A stretch of 38,344 nucleotides of DNA from an uncultured Candidatus Saccharibacteria bacterium (GCA_964566585.1 CAZMIW010000001.1:4091-42434), one strand, 5' to 3'. Counted from the stretch's first letter, positions 28,453 through 38,209 are shown. Translations and numbers: made by a program. Notes: a model not told the origin generated them from the letters alone.

Positions 28453-29499
28453 ATGAATTTGATACATGGCGTGGGCGACTTCTTCGCGTTAGATATTGGG
28501 ACAAATGCACTGAGAATTGTGCAGCTTTCCGGTTCGATAAATGGAGGGTTTGCTTTGCAGAAATACGCTTATGTACCGATTGACTCGAGGATTTTACAGG
28601 ATACAAGTGAGGCGGGGAAGAAGAAGATGGGGGAGATTATCAATGGGGCGCTGACGCAGGCGGGAATTAAGACGAAGAATATTGCTTTTGGTTTACCGGC
28701 GAGAAAAACTTATACGACAGTGGTGGAGGTAGAGGGAATTAACGAAAAGCAGTTAAAACAGACTTTGAAATATCAGCTAGATCAGTTTATTCCGATGGCG
28801 CTCGACGAGGCGGAGGTTTCTTATTCTATCCTTGGGCTTTCGCCGAATGATCCGACGAAGGCGGAAGTTTTAGTCTCTTCTGTTTCAAAGGAATTTGCAG
28901 AGAGCCAGATGGAGATGATGGAGAGCATCGGGCTAAATGTGATTGTTCAGGAGCCGGAGCCAATCGCGATGGCGAGAGCGTTAAACCCTTACGGGAGCAT
29001 GGATGCAGCGATGATTATCGACCTCGGAGAAGATTCGACGGATCTCGTGGCGATGTATCTAGGGAAGCCAAGGTTGGTGCGCTCGATACCCGGCGGGATT
29101 GGGGCGATGGCAAGAGTAGTGGCGGAGACGCTTTCGGTAGAGCAGGCACAGGCGCGACAGTTTATTTTGAGGTTTGGGTTGGCACAGGACCAGCTAGATG
29201 GCCAAGTATTTAAGGCTTTGAATGCGACGCTAGATGCTTATGCGATGGAGCTGACGAAGTCGGCGCAGTTTTTCCAGACGAAATATCTCGGGGTGCCGAT
29301 TAAGTCAATTATTCTTTCTGGGTTTGCAGGTGTAATTCCGTTCTTGTCTGAGTTTTTGGAAGCGAAGACGGGTATTCGGACGGTTCAGGGAAATCCATGG
29401 CAATTAGTGCAGGTAACGCCAGAGCAGCAGAAGGTGTTAGTGAGCGTAGCAAGTGAATTTGCGGTGGCGATTGGTCTCGCGGAAAGGATAAACGATTAA
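28453..29499 (+). CDS. pilM: Type IV pilus assembly protein PilM
   Basis: ALDIGT, IIDLG, IILSG, NPW, AVAIGLA actin-like fold motifs. Confidence 0.92.
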   Translation: MNLIHGVGDFFALDIGTNALRIVQLSGSINGGFALQKYAYVPIDSRILQDTSEAGKKKMGEIINGALTQAGIKTKNIAFGLPARKTYTTVVEVEGINEKQLKQTLKYQLDQFIPMALDEAEVSYSILGLSPNDPTKAEVLVSSVSKEFAESQMEMMESIGLNVIVQEPEPIAMARALNPYGSMDAAMIIDLGEDSTDLVAMYLGKPRLVRSIPGGIGAMARVVAETLSVEQAQARQFILRFGLAQDQLDGQVFKALNATLDAYAMELTKSAQFFQTKYLGVPIKSIILSGFAGVIPFLSEFLEAKTGIRTVQGNPWQLVQVTPEQQKVLVSVASEFAVAIGLAERIND

Positions 29500-29500
29500 G

Positions 29501-31138
29501 ATGGACGGGCTAAAAGAAAAGATAGCGAATTTCCGGGCGAAATTGAATGGGAAGGATCCGAATGCGCCGGAAGAGCCAAAGTTTTCGGAGAATAAAACTT
29601 TTGAAATAAACTTGGTGCCAGAAATTAAGTATCAGATGTTGAAGTCGATGCGCTTTCGGAAGGTTTCGACCTTTGTGTGCGCAATTGTGGCGGCGGTAGT
29701 CGGGGTAGCGACGGCGGTGTTTGGCATCATCGTAGTAACGCAGAACAACACTCTAGCACAGCAAGATACGAAATTGGACAGTATGGCGAAAAAGATTAGC
29801 GAGTTTAGCTCGATGGACGACTTCTTGACTTTACAGAGCCAGCTAAATGCGATTCAGACGGTGAACGACAACAAGCAGGTGCTTTCGCGGATTTTCGGGG
29901 TGATTTCAATGCTTCGGCCGCAGGGCGGGGATGAGTTAACGCTCTCAAAAGTTTCGGTCAATATGGATGACGATGTGGTGACGATGGAAGGTCAGGCCGA
30001 TGCGGGAGTGGCGCCGTTTTACGACTATCGTGTTTTGGAGTCGTTTAAGAAGGGAGCGGAGCTAACAAAGTATGACCATGGACGGTATGTAGATGCAGAG
30101 GGAGTCGAAATTCCGGCGAGGTGTATGATTGAGGCTAAGCCGGATGGGTCGACCTATATGGATGAGAACGGTAGTATTTATGCTTATCAAACGATTGGCG
30201 AGTATGGTTGTGATACGAAGCTGAAGGAGCTAAAGGACGCTTTGAACAGCGTGAAGGAGAATGTATCGGTTTCGACAGAGACAGATACAAAGACGGAGAT
30301 TGACAAGGAGACTGGCAAGGAAGTGACGACGACGGTGACGACAAAGACAAAAGAGAGTGAGCTTAAGGCACAGCAGGCGCAGGTTTATAGCGAGTATGGG
30401 ACGGAGGTAAGGAAGAACTGGTTTGACAAATGGCTCAAAGAGAATAATTTAGAGCGGTATGACGATTATGAAAATCGGCAAGACGATATTAGAGCGGCTT
30501 ACCAGGCTTATTATGACGGTCTTTCGGATGAGGAAAAAGTGATTGTAGATACAGAGATAAATGCGGGAGTGGATATTCGAGACGTAGATTTTCGGAAGAT
30601 TTATCGTACACCACAGTTCACCGAGTGGCTAAAGGAAGGTTGGACTGACGAAGATGGCAAGACTCAGGCAACACCAAGGATGACGCTTTCGGGCGAGATT
30701 TCGGACTGGCCGCACTTTGAGAGTCAATGTATTTCGTATTCGGGTGAGAAAAACACAGTGAATGGCAAGGAAGTGGTGATGTGGACGACGACGAATGATT
30801 GTATGTTGCTTGCGGGAGATATGAGTATTTTGGAATCTTCAAACGGTAGGAACTCCGAAGGAGAGTTAGTGCTCAGATTTAGAGCGACGATTGATATTGC
30901 GAAAGAAGCACTGTCGTTTAAGACGAAGCATTTACTTGCGATTGGACCGGACGGACAGAATGTGACTGATTCCTATCGCCAGATCGAAGGAATGTTCGAG
31001 CAGGAAGCGGTGGATTGTAATACGGCGGGCGTGATTTGTACGGAAGCAGAGACAGCAGGGAATAATGGTAGCGGTAATAGCGAAAATACTAGTGGTAATT
31101 CTGGAAGTGGTAATGGTAATAATGGAGGAAACTCATAA
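29501..31138 (+). CDS. pilN: PilN-like protein with a large extracytoplasmic insertion
   Basis: EINLVP PilM-binding motif, single TM, coiled coil; follows pilM. Confidence 0.7.
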   Translation: MDGLKEKIANFRAKLNGKDPNAPEEPKFSENKTFEINLVPEIKYQMLKSMRFRKVSTFVCAIVAAVVGVATAVFGIIVVTQNNTLAQQDTKLDSMAKKISEFSSMDDFLTLQSQLNAIQTVNDNKQVLSRIFGVISMLRPQGGDELTLSKVSVNMDDDVVTMEGQADAGVAPFYDYRVLESFKKGAELTKYDHGRYVDAEGVEIPARCMIEAKPDGSTYMDENGSIYAYQTIGEYGCDTKLKELKDALNSVKENVSVSTETDTKTEIDKETGKEVTTTVTTKTKESELKAQQAQVYSEYGTEVRKNWFDKWLKENNLERYDDYENRQDDIRAAYQAYYDGLSDEEKVIVDTEINAGVDIRDVDFRKIYRTPQFTEWLKEGWTDEDGKTQATPRMTLSGEISDWPHFESQCISYSGEKNTVNGKEVVMWTTTNDCMLLAGDMSILESSNGRNSEGELVLRFRATIDIAKEALSFKTKHLLAIGPDGQNVTDSYRQIEGMFEQEAVDCNTAGVICTEAETAGNNGSGNSENTSGNSGSGNGNNGGNS

Positions 31139-32097
31139 TGGCGGAAGAGAAGAAAAATCCAGCTGAGACTGATGGTCCGGCAGTAGAAAAACGTGCAAAG
31201 ATTTCAAAAGCGCAGAAGCAGATTTTGTTCACAATCGGCGGAACGGCGGTCTTTGTAGGGGTCTGTGGAGTTTTGATTTCATACTGTATGCGCTTAATTG
31301 GCTTTAACTCGAGAGTAATTGAGGCGAAAGATACTTCGATTTCAAATTACTCGGCAACGATTAAAAATGTAGGGGTCTGTAAGGTTTCGGGGAGCGGAGT
31401 GATTACGGATGAGGAGCTGAAAAAATGCACGCCAAACACGTATCTTTCGGATTCACTGAGTGGGACGTTGCGCTATAATGTGATGGTAAAGACGGCGAGT
31501 AATGAAGACCTAGAAAGTGTAGCGAGGCCGCTACAAGATTCTTGCTATAACACCGTTGACGGAAGAAAAGTGAAGATAAACTTTAAAGAGCTTTATGACA
31601 ATGCTGAGGAAGAAGCAAAGAACGATAGTAGTTTGAACGTCGATACTTTGAAGGCGAAATATCTCGATATGATGAAATCGTGTTCGGCACTCCGGGCGAT
31701 TCCAGATGCTTTGCCGGCACAGAAGAATACGGAGGCGTTGCTTGCATCGCTTAACCGCTTGTTTGATATTGCGGGTTGGCAACCGAGCGGGCTTTCGCCG
31801 AATTCGTCCTCTTCGCGAAGTCCGTATAAAAATGTTTCGACGCTCCCAGTGTCGCTTTCGGTAGAGGCGGATAGTGCAGAGACGATGAAAGTGCTTTCGA
31901 CGATCGAGCGCTCAATTCGGACCTTTGATATTACAAGCGCAACGATTGAATGGATCGGAGACAATACTTTGAAGTTGGGTGCTTCGGCGAGAGCTTATTA
32001 TACGGGCGAGCAATCTTTGACTCAAAAGACGACGACGGTCTATGCGGATGCAAGTAAACGGAATGTGACAAAGACAACATCTGGAGGAAGTAAATAA
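31138..32097 (+). CDS. pilO: PilO-like protein
   Basis: Single TM, ALP, IERSIRTFDI; operon position. Confidence 0.65.
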   Translation: MAEEKKNPAETDGPAVEKRAKISKAQKQILFTIGGTAVFVGVCGVLISYCMRLIGFNSRVIEAKDTSISNYSATIKNVGVCKVSGSGVITDEELKKCTPNTYLSDSLSGTLRYNVMVKTASNEDLESVARPLQDSCYNTVDGRKVKINFKELYDNAEEEAKNDSSLNVDTLKAKYLDMMKSCSALRAIPDALPAQKNTEALLASLNRLFDIAGWQPSGLSPNSSSSRSPYKNVSTLPVSLSVEADSAETMKVLSTIERSIRTFDITSATIEWIGDNTLKLGASARAYYTGEQSLTQKTTTVYADASKRNVTKTTSGGSK

Positions 32098-32423
32098 TGA
32101 GTAAAAAAGATATTATTTCAATTGTAGCGGTGGCAATTCTCGGGACGGTGGCGGCGATTGTGGCGGTAAATTCGATTCTTGGAGATATAAATGATAAATC
32201 GGCGACATTTAAGTTTATCGATGTGGTAAACAGTAGCGTGGGGACACCGGACCCGGAAGTGTTCAATCCGGATGCGATTAACCCGACGGTGGACGTGTTC
32301 GTAGGTGGCTGTGTAGATAAGAATGGAAATGGGCAGCTAGACGAGGACGAGAAGATTGGTTGTAGTCGCGGGCAAGAAGAAGAGATTGTTGAAGACCAAG
32401 CAGAAATAAACGAGGGGCAGTAA
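32097..32423 (+). CDS. Small membrane-anchored pilus-operon protein with an EF-hand-like loop
   Basis: N-terminal TM, FNPDAINPTV, DKNGNGQLDEDE. Confidence 0.7.
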   Translation: MSKKDIISIVAVAILGTVAAIVAVNSILGDINDKSATFKFIDVVNSSVGTPDPEVFNPDAINPTVDVFVGGCVDKNGNGQLDEDEKIGCSRGQEEEIVEDQAEINEGQ

Positions 32424-34192
32424 TGGCACTCCTTACGCGCGACACACAAGATAGGGTGATAAACCTTTTAGTATCCGAGGGACTAGCGAACCCGACGATG
32501 GTGCAGGAGGTAGTTGACGAGGTCTCAAAAACAAAGCAACCGTTGATAGCTGCCCTAGTTTCAAAAGGGGTGATTACGAATCGGATGGTTTCACATGCAA
32601 CGGCAAATGTGCTGGGTGTGCCATATGTAGAATTAGAGAATATTACGATTGATCAGGATACATTGCTTAATTTACCACAAGAGATTTCAGAACGGACGAT
32701 GGCGGTGGCAATTGGAGAAGCGAACGGCTACCTCGTGGTGGCAATGGTGGATGTGACAAATGTCCAGTCGACGGATTATCTTTCAACATTGACGGGTAAG
32801 CCGGTAAGGGCAGTGATGTCGAGCGAGGAGGGAATTAGGTATATTCTTTCGCAGTATCGGGCGGACTTTTCAAACGTCGATAAGGCGGTGGCGGCCTCGA
32901 ATAGGGAGGTTCAGCAACAGCAGGTTTCGGAAGATGTCAAGACGATTACACAGGATTCGCCGATTTCAAAGGCGCTTACTACGATTTTGGAATTTGCAGT
33001 AAAGTCGAAGGCCTCAGATATTCATATTGAGCCGCTCGAGGAAATGCTCGTGATTAGGTGTAGAATAGACGGGGTGCTGAGGCGAGTAATGGAATTACCG
33101 AAATCGGTGGAGCCGGCACTAGTTTCGCGTATCAAGATTTTGGCGAATCTGAAGATTGATGAACACAGAATCCCGCAGGACGGTCAGTTTGCGGTTTTAG
33201 TTGCGGATAAGGAAGTAGACCTTCGTATTGCGATTGCGCCGGTGGTGTGGGGAGAGCAAGTGGTGATTCGTATTCTTGACAAGACGGGTACGCCGCTAGA
33301 GGTCGAGCAGATGGGAATGACGGGGCATGCACTTAAGATGGTGCTTGAGGGGATTTCAAAGCCTAATGGGATGATTCTGACTTCGGGGCCGACGGGTTCT
33401 GGTAAGTCGACGACACTGTATGCTTTAATCAAGAAGATTAAGGATGAGAAGATTAACATCGTGACGCTAGAGGACCCGGTAGAGTATAAGATGGATGGGG
33501 TTAATCAAACACAGGTGAATATCGATGCGGGGTTGACTTTTGCCTCGGGGTTACGTTCGATTCTTCGTCAAGACCCAGATGTGGTGATGGTCGGGGAGAT
33601 TCGCGATGGAGAAACGGCGCAGCTCGCGGTGCAGGCGGCGCTTACTGGGCACTTAGTATTTTCGACTTTACACACTAACTCGGCGGCGGGGATTTTGCCG
33701 AGACTTCTCGATATGGGAATCGAACCATTCTTGCTCGCTTCGACTTTGAATACGGTAATTGGGCAGAGATTAGTGCGCCGGGTTTCAGATAAAAAGACGA
33801 CCTATCAGGCTTCGGAGATTGAGGCACACGAGATTAATCAGGTGGTTGGGGATCTTTTGCCACAGAGCTCGGCGGATGTTGCGAAGGTGTCGGAAGATTT
33901 GGGATATCCGGGGCTACCGGTGTTTTCAAAGGAAGGGAAATATACTTTAACGCAAGGAGTGGAGGATACGGACACGCCGGGTGGGTTTAAGGGCCGGGCC
34001 GGGCTTTATGAAACGATTATGGTGGATGAAGAGATACAGAAGCTTCTTGTGGCGCAGGCGACTTCGTCAGATATTATGAAAGTGGCGAAGGCGAAGGGGA
34101 CGGTGACGATGCGCCAAGATGGGATGCTTAAGGCGTTGTCGGGGATTACGACCGTGTCGGAAGTAAATCGGGTAGCTTCTGACATTGCATAG
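32423..34192 (+). CDS. pilB: Type IV pilus extension ATPase PilB/GspE
   Basis: ASDIHIEP, RIDG, PQDG, GPTGSGKST, TLEDPVE, LRQDPD, TGHLVFSTLHTN. Confidence 0.94.
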   Translation: MALLTRDTQDRVINLLVSEGLANPTMVQEVVDEVSKTKQPLIAALVSKGVITNRMVSHATANVLGVPYVELENITIDQDTLLNLPQEISERTMAVAIGEANGYLVVAMVDVTNVQSTDYLSTLTGKPVRAVMSSEEGIRYILSQYRADFSNVDKAVAASNREVQQQQVSEDVKTITQDSPISKALTTILEFAVKSKASDIHIEPLEEMLVIRCRIDGVLRRVMELPKSVEPALVSRIKILANLKIDEHRIPQDGQFAVLVADKEVDLRIAIAPVVWGEQVVIRILDKTGTPLEVEQMGMTGHALKMVLEGISKPNGMILTSGPTGSGKSTTLYALIKKIKDEKINIVTLEDPVEYKMDGVNQTQVNIDAGLTFASGLRSILRQDPDVVMVGEIRDGETAQLAVQAALTGHLVFSTLHTNSAAGILPRLLDMGIEPFLLASTLNTVIGQRLVRRVSDKKTTYQASEIEAHEINQVVGDLLPQSSADVAKVSEDLGYPGLPVFSKEGKYTLTQGVEDTDTPGGFKGRAGLYETIMVDEEIQKLLVAQATSSDIMKVAKAKGTVTMRQDGMLKALSGITTVSEVNRVASDIA

Positions 34193-34194
34193 CA

Positions 34195-34217
34195 GAGCGA
34201 TCTGCTTCTTTTAGCGG
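34195..34217. repeat. Left-half remnant of the intergenic element
   Basis: GAGCGATCTGCTTCTTTTAGCGG resembles the element's left end and lies 2 nt after the pilB stop. Confidence 0.5.
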
Positions 34218-34279
34218 TATACCTAATAAAAGCATTTAAAACTATTTAAAATTTATTATGTTTATGCTAAAATAGGATT

Positions 34280-35404
34280 ATGGATAATGCTAACGATATA
34301 GAAATCAAAGATTTAAGTGCGGGAGCGGACGGTGGAGACCCGAAGACTCTGAAAATTGAAACTCTTCTTGAAGAGACGGTGAGGCAAAAGGCTTCAGACC
34401 TTCACATACAGGTTGGACTGCCGCCGATTTTGCGTGTGGATGGGGTGCTTCGGCCGATTCCGAATACGCCGGTAGTGGACGAGGAGGCGAGCGAGAGATT
34501 GATCTTCTCGACAATGGACTCTCTCCAGCAGCAATCTTTAATGAAAGACAGGGAATTTGACTATTCGTTTGCATTTGGTTCACTTGGTAGATTTCGTGTC
34601 AACGCTTTTCAGGAGAAGGGTTCGCTTGCTGGGGCGTTTCGTTTAATTCCAGATAAGATTTTGTCAATTCAGGAACTCGGGATGCCGGCGGTAGTAGATA
34701 CCTTTACGGAGTTTCCGCGAGGATTGGTGCTTGTGACTGGGCCGACGGGTTCTGGTAAGTCGACGACGCTGGCGGCGCTTCTTGAGAAGATTAATCAGAC
34801 AAAGCCGGTGCATATCTTGACGATTGAGGACCCGATTGAGTTTACCTATACTTCAAAAAGAGCGGTGGTGGTACAGCGTGAAGTACATTATGATACCCTG
34901 AGCTTTTCGAGGGCGCTTCGTTCGGCGCTTCGCCAAGACCCGGATGTGGTGCTGATTGGTGAGATGCGCGACCTAGAGACGATTCAGGCGGCTCTTACGG
35001 TGGCGGAAACCGGTCACTTGGTATTTGGGACGCTTCACACAAACTCAGCAGCGCAGTCGATTGACCGTATTATTGATGTTTTCCCGGCGCACCAGCAGTC
35101 TCAGATTAGGCTACAGCTTTCGGCGGTGCTTCAGGCGGTTTGTTCGCAGCGGCTTGTGCCGGCGATTGCGGGTGGACGAGTCTGTGCGGCGGAGATTATG
35201 GTGATTAATCAGGCGATTAAGTCCTTAATTCGTGAAGGAAAGACACACCAAATCGATACGGCGATTCAGACGGGTGTGGCGCAAGGGATGCAGACGATGG
35301 ATAGGACGCTCGTGAAGATGATTCAGACGGGAATTATTTCATATGATGATGCCCGCGAGTATGCGGTTGATTTAACAGAATTCGAAAGACTAGCACGAGG
35401 ATAA
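34280..35404 (+). CDS. pilT: Type IV pilus retraction ATPase PilT
   Basis: ASDLH, GRFRVN, GPTGSGKSTT, TIEDPIE, AETGHLV, AIKSLIRE, GMQTMD. Confidence 0.95.
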   Translation: MDNANDIEIKDLSAGADGGDPKTLKIETLLEETVRQKASDLHIQVGLPPILRVDGVLRPIPNTPVVDEEASERLIFSTMDSLQQQSLMKDREFDYSFAFGSLGRFRVNAFQEKGSLAGAFRLIPDKILSIQELGMPAVVDTFTEFPRGLVLVTGPTGSGKSTTLAALLEKINQTKPVHILTIEDPIEFTYTSKRAVVVQREVHYDTLSFSRALRSALRQDPDVVLIGEMRDLETIQAALTVAETGHLVFGTLHTNSAAQSIDRIIDVFPAHQQSQIRLQLSAVLQAVCSQRLVPAIAGGRVCAAEIMVINQAIKSLIREGKTHQIDTAIQTGVAQGMQTMDRTLVKMIQTGIISYDDAREYAVDLTEFERLARG

Positions 35405-35412
35405 ATCCTTAA

Positions 35413-36618
35413 ATGAAAAGGTTTAATTACCAAGCGATTGATAGTAAGACAGGAAGATCTGTAAAGGGGGTGATTCAGGCGGATACAGAGCGAAATGCTG
35501 GTAAACTTTTGATTGAACAAGGTTTTATACCGCAGAAGGTCGTTGAGGAAAATACAACAGGGCTGTTTGCGAAGTTAAAAAACAGGATTACGGCAAAGGA
35601 CAGGATTGTCTTTACGCGCCAGTTTGCGACTTTGATTGGGGCGGGGCTGCCGCTCGCGAATGCTTTGCGCCTGCTCGCGGATCAGACTGAAGCGCCGGGG
35701 ATGAAGTCAGTAGTAGAGGATTTGCTTGCGAATGTTGAAGCAGGGAAGAGCTTGACTCAGGCTTGTGCGGCGCATCCGAAGGTATTTGATAAATTATTCT
35801 TGGCGCTAGTTTCGGCGGGCGAGCTTTCGGGTACGCTTGATGAATCTTTGAAACGGCTTGCGGACCAGCAGGAAAAAGACCAAGCGATGATTTCGCGAAT
35901 CCGGGGGGCGATGATTTATCCGGCGATTGTGCTTGTCGTGATTATCTTTGTGATGGTGTTTATGCTTGTAGAGGTGGTGCCGCAGGTAGAGTCGCTTTAT
36001 AATGACCTTGGGGAGGAGCTCCCGGGGACGACGAAGTTGCTCGTGGCGATAGCGAACTTTATTATTGCGGATTGGTGGTTAATTATGCTGGTGCTGTTTG
36101 TGTTGGTTTGGATTTTACTGAACTTTAGGACAACTAAAACAGGAATTAGGGTGGCTGCGAACATTAAATTGAACGTGCCGATTTTCAAGGGGTTGTTTCA
36201 TAGGCTCTATAATGCGCGGTTTGCGCGGACGGCGCAGATTCTTTTGATGTCTGGTGTGCCGATGATTGATGTGATGCTGATTTCGGCAGAGTCGACGGCG
36301 AATGTGGTGATGCAGGATAACATCACGAAGGCGAGTGAAAAGGTTAAGGCGGGTAAATCGCTAGCGGATTCGTTAGAGGGGGTAGATTATATTTTGCCAC
36401 TTTTGCCGCAGATGGCGGCGATTGGTGAGCAATCTGGTAAGATTGATGAGATGCTAGGGAGGGCGGCGACGGTTTATGAGAATGAGTTGGACGAGAAGAT
36501 TAATGCGATTTCGACAATGATTGAGCCGATATTGATGATTTTCCTTGCGGGGATGATGGTGTTTATGATTGGGGCCATTCTGATGCCAATATATAGTCTA
36601 GTCAACAGCATTGGATAG
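35413..36618 (+). CDS. pilC: Type IV pilus platform protein PilC (T2SS F family)
   Basis: FTRQFATL..AG, GE.SG.L, AMIYP, GEQSG, IEP, 3 TM helices. Confidence 0.94.
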   Translation: MKRFNYQAIDSKTGRSVKGVIQADTERNAGKLLIEQGFIPQKVVEENTTGLFAKLKNRITAKDRIVFTRQFATLIGAGLPLANALRLLADQTEAPGMKSVVEDLLANVEAGKSLTQACAAHPKVFDKLFLALVSAGELSGTLDESLKRLADQQEKDQAMISRIRGAMIYPAIVLVVIIFVMVFMLVEVVPQVESLYNDLGEELPGTTKLLVAIANFIIADWWLIMLVLFVLVWILLNFRTTKTGIRVAANIKLNVPIFKGLFHRLYNARFARTAQILLMSGVPMIDVMLISAESTANVVMQDNITKASEKVKAGKSLADSLEGVDYILPLLPQMAAIGEQSGKIDEMLGRAATVYENELDEKINAISTMIEPILMIFLAGMMVFMIGAILMPIYSLVNSIG

Positions 36619-36646
36619 GGGCAAGCCACTGCAGAGCGGATAAAAA

Positions 36647-36722
36647 TGGTGACCCGGGTGCGAGTCGAACGCGCAACCTTCTCCTTAGGACGGAGCTGCT
36701 CTATCCATTGAGCTACCGGGCC
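36647..36722 (-). tRNA. tRNA-Arg(CCT)
   Basis: GGCCCGG TAGCTCAATGGATAGAGC...GT CCT AA...GTTCGACTC...CCGGGTC A CCA; TGCTATAAT upstream (36734-36742, minus strand). Confidence 0.93.
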
Positions 36723-36826
36723 ACTTAGGGATAATTATAGCATTTTTTTAGAAATAAGTCTTGTATTTTTTGACGAAAGCGTGTATCATAATAATATATA
36801 TAGCATAAGCTTAGTGAAAGGATTTT

Positions 36827-37438
36827 ATGTTGAAACAGAAAACATCATCAAAGCGCGGTTTTACCATTATTGAGGTGGTGCTCGTGCTTGCGATTGCGGG
36901 ACTTATCTTCTTAATGGTGTTCCTCGCTTTACCAGCTCTTCAAAGGTCTCAGAGAGATACGCAGAGGCGAAGTGCTTATTCGGAGTTCTTGACGCAGATT
37001 TCTAACTATCAGTCGAATAACCGGGGAAGGTTGCCGGGCGGTACTAGTGGTAAGACGGAGAATTGGGAAAACTTTATCACTGCATATTTGAGGCCGACGG
37101 AGAATTGTACGCGCAAAGCGGAGTATTATGAAACAGAGGCTAGCGGTACTGAGGCTTATGAAAGTAGCGACCCAAATGATACTGAAGGCTGTTCGGATGG
37201 TCCGGCTACCTTCTTGGACCCAGTGGGGGAACCATATTATATTGGTGGTGTAATACAGGCTGATGATGTTGAAACGAAAGGTGGCACTGCGCTTACTTGG
37301 GATAAGAATAAATATCAGATTTATGTTTATCTGCAAGCCGTTTGTGACGGCGAAAAGGCTATACAGTCTGACGGTGCTAGAAATGTGGCAATACGCGTGA
37401 AATTAGAAGGTGGTGGCATTTACTGCGGCAACAACTAA
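36827..37438 (+). CDS. Type IV pilin
   Basis: Class III signal KRG|FTIIEVVLVLAIAGLIF; four Cys; SD AAAGGGA. Confidence 0.93.
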   Translation: MLKQKTSSKRGFTIIEVVLVLAIAGLIFLMVFLALPALQRSQRDTQRRSAYSEFLTQISNYQSNNRGRLPGGTSGKTENWENFITAYLRPTENCTRKAEYYETEASGTEAYESSDPNDTEGCSDGPATFLDPVGEPYYIGGVIQADDVETKGGTALTWDKNKYQIYVYLQAVCDGEKAIQSDGARNVAIRVKLEGGGIYCGNN

Positions 37439-37567
37439 TTAAAATCGCATATTAGGGCGAGCTGCTTCTTCAGCAGCTCCGCTACTCACGAGACATACGA
37501 GAAGTATGTCTCGTTCCGTTGCTCGCCGCTTCATTGCATCTCATCCCTACTATGCGATTTTAGATTA
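37436..37567. repeat. Structured intergenic element, copy C
   Basis: Arms AAAATCGCATATTAGGG / CCCTACTATGCGATTTT; core motifs present; apical hairpin ACGAGACATAC/GTATGTCTCGT. Confidence 0.88.
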
Positions 37568-37678
37568 TCTCATCTCTAAAAAGCAATTTAGAGGTTTTTA
37601 ATTTTTGTTCTATTGTATCTTGCCTATACTAAGTAATTTTAAATGTGTTATAATTATATATAATAAAAGGAGTTAATT

Positions 37679-38209
37679 ATGGCAAAAGAAGAAAAAAAGC
37701 AAGACGAAAGTTTAATTCAGAGGAGCCTCGTGGTTTTGAAGCCGGATACCGTCCAGCGGGGAATTATCGGAGAGATTATTTCGCGGTTTGAGCGGGTAGG
37801 CTTAAAAATCGTAGGGATGAAGATGGTGATGCCGGGGGAGGAGCTTTATTATCAGCATTATGAGGACATTGGGCAGATGATTACACGTCGAGGTGAGCAG
37901 GCCTTTCGCTATAACGTAAAATATATGATGAGCGGGCCGGTGATTGCGATTGTGCTCGAAGGTGTAGAGGCGGTGCCTCTAGTGCGGAAGATTGTCGGGC
38001 CGACTGAGCCGAAGTCTGCAGAAATGGGGACGATTCGGGGTGATTATTCGCATATGAGCTTTGGTTATTCTGATTCTAAGGGGATTGGAGTGCCGAATCT
38101 TGTGCATGCGTCGGGGTCGCTTGCGGAGGCGAAGAAAGAGATTGCTTTGTGGTTCAATGAAGACGAATTATATAATTATTCCGATCTGAATGAGAAGTTC
38201 ACTCGATAG
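37679..38209 (+). CDS. ndk: Nucleoside diphosphate kinase
   Basis: LKPD.VQRG, GPV, GTIRGD, NLVHAS, EIALWF. Confidence 0.96.
   Translation: MAKEEKKQDESLIQRSLVVLKPDTVQRGIIGEIISRFERVGLKIVGMKMVMPGEELYYQHYEDIGQMITRRGEQAFRYNVKYMMSGPVIAIVLEGVEAVPLVRKIVGPTEPKSAEMGTIRGDYSHMSFGYSDSKGIGVPNLVHASGSLAEAKKEIALWFNEDELYNYSDLNEKFTR

Noticed and set aside
31055-31135. GGTAAT-like repeats
   Set aside because: Explained by the Gly/Asn/Ser low-complexity protein tail
36647-36722. tRNA-Arg as the integration site of an island
   Set aside because: No integrase and no duplicated tRNA 3' end seen in the window
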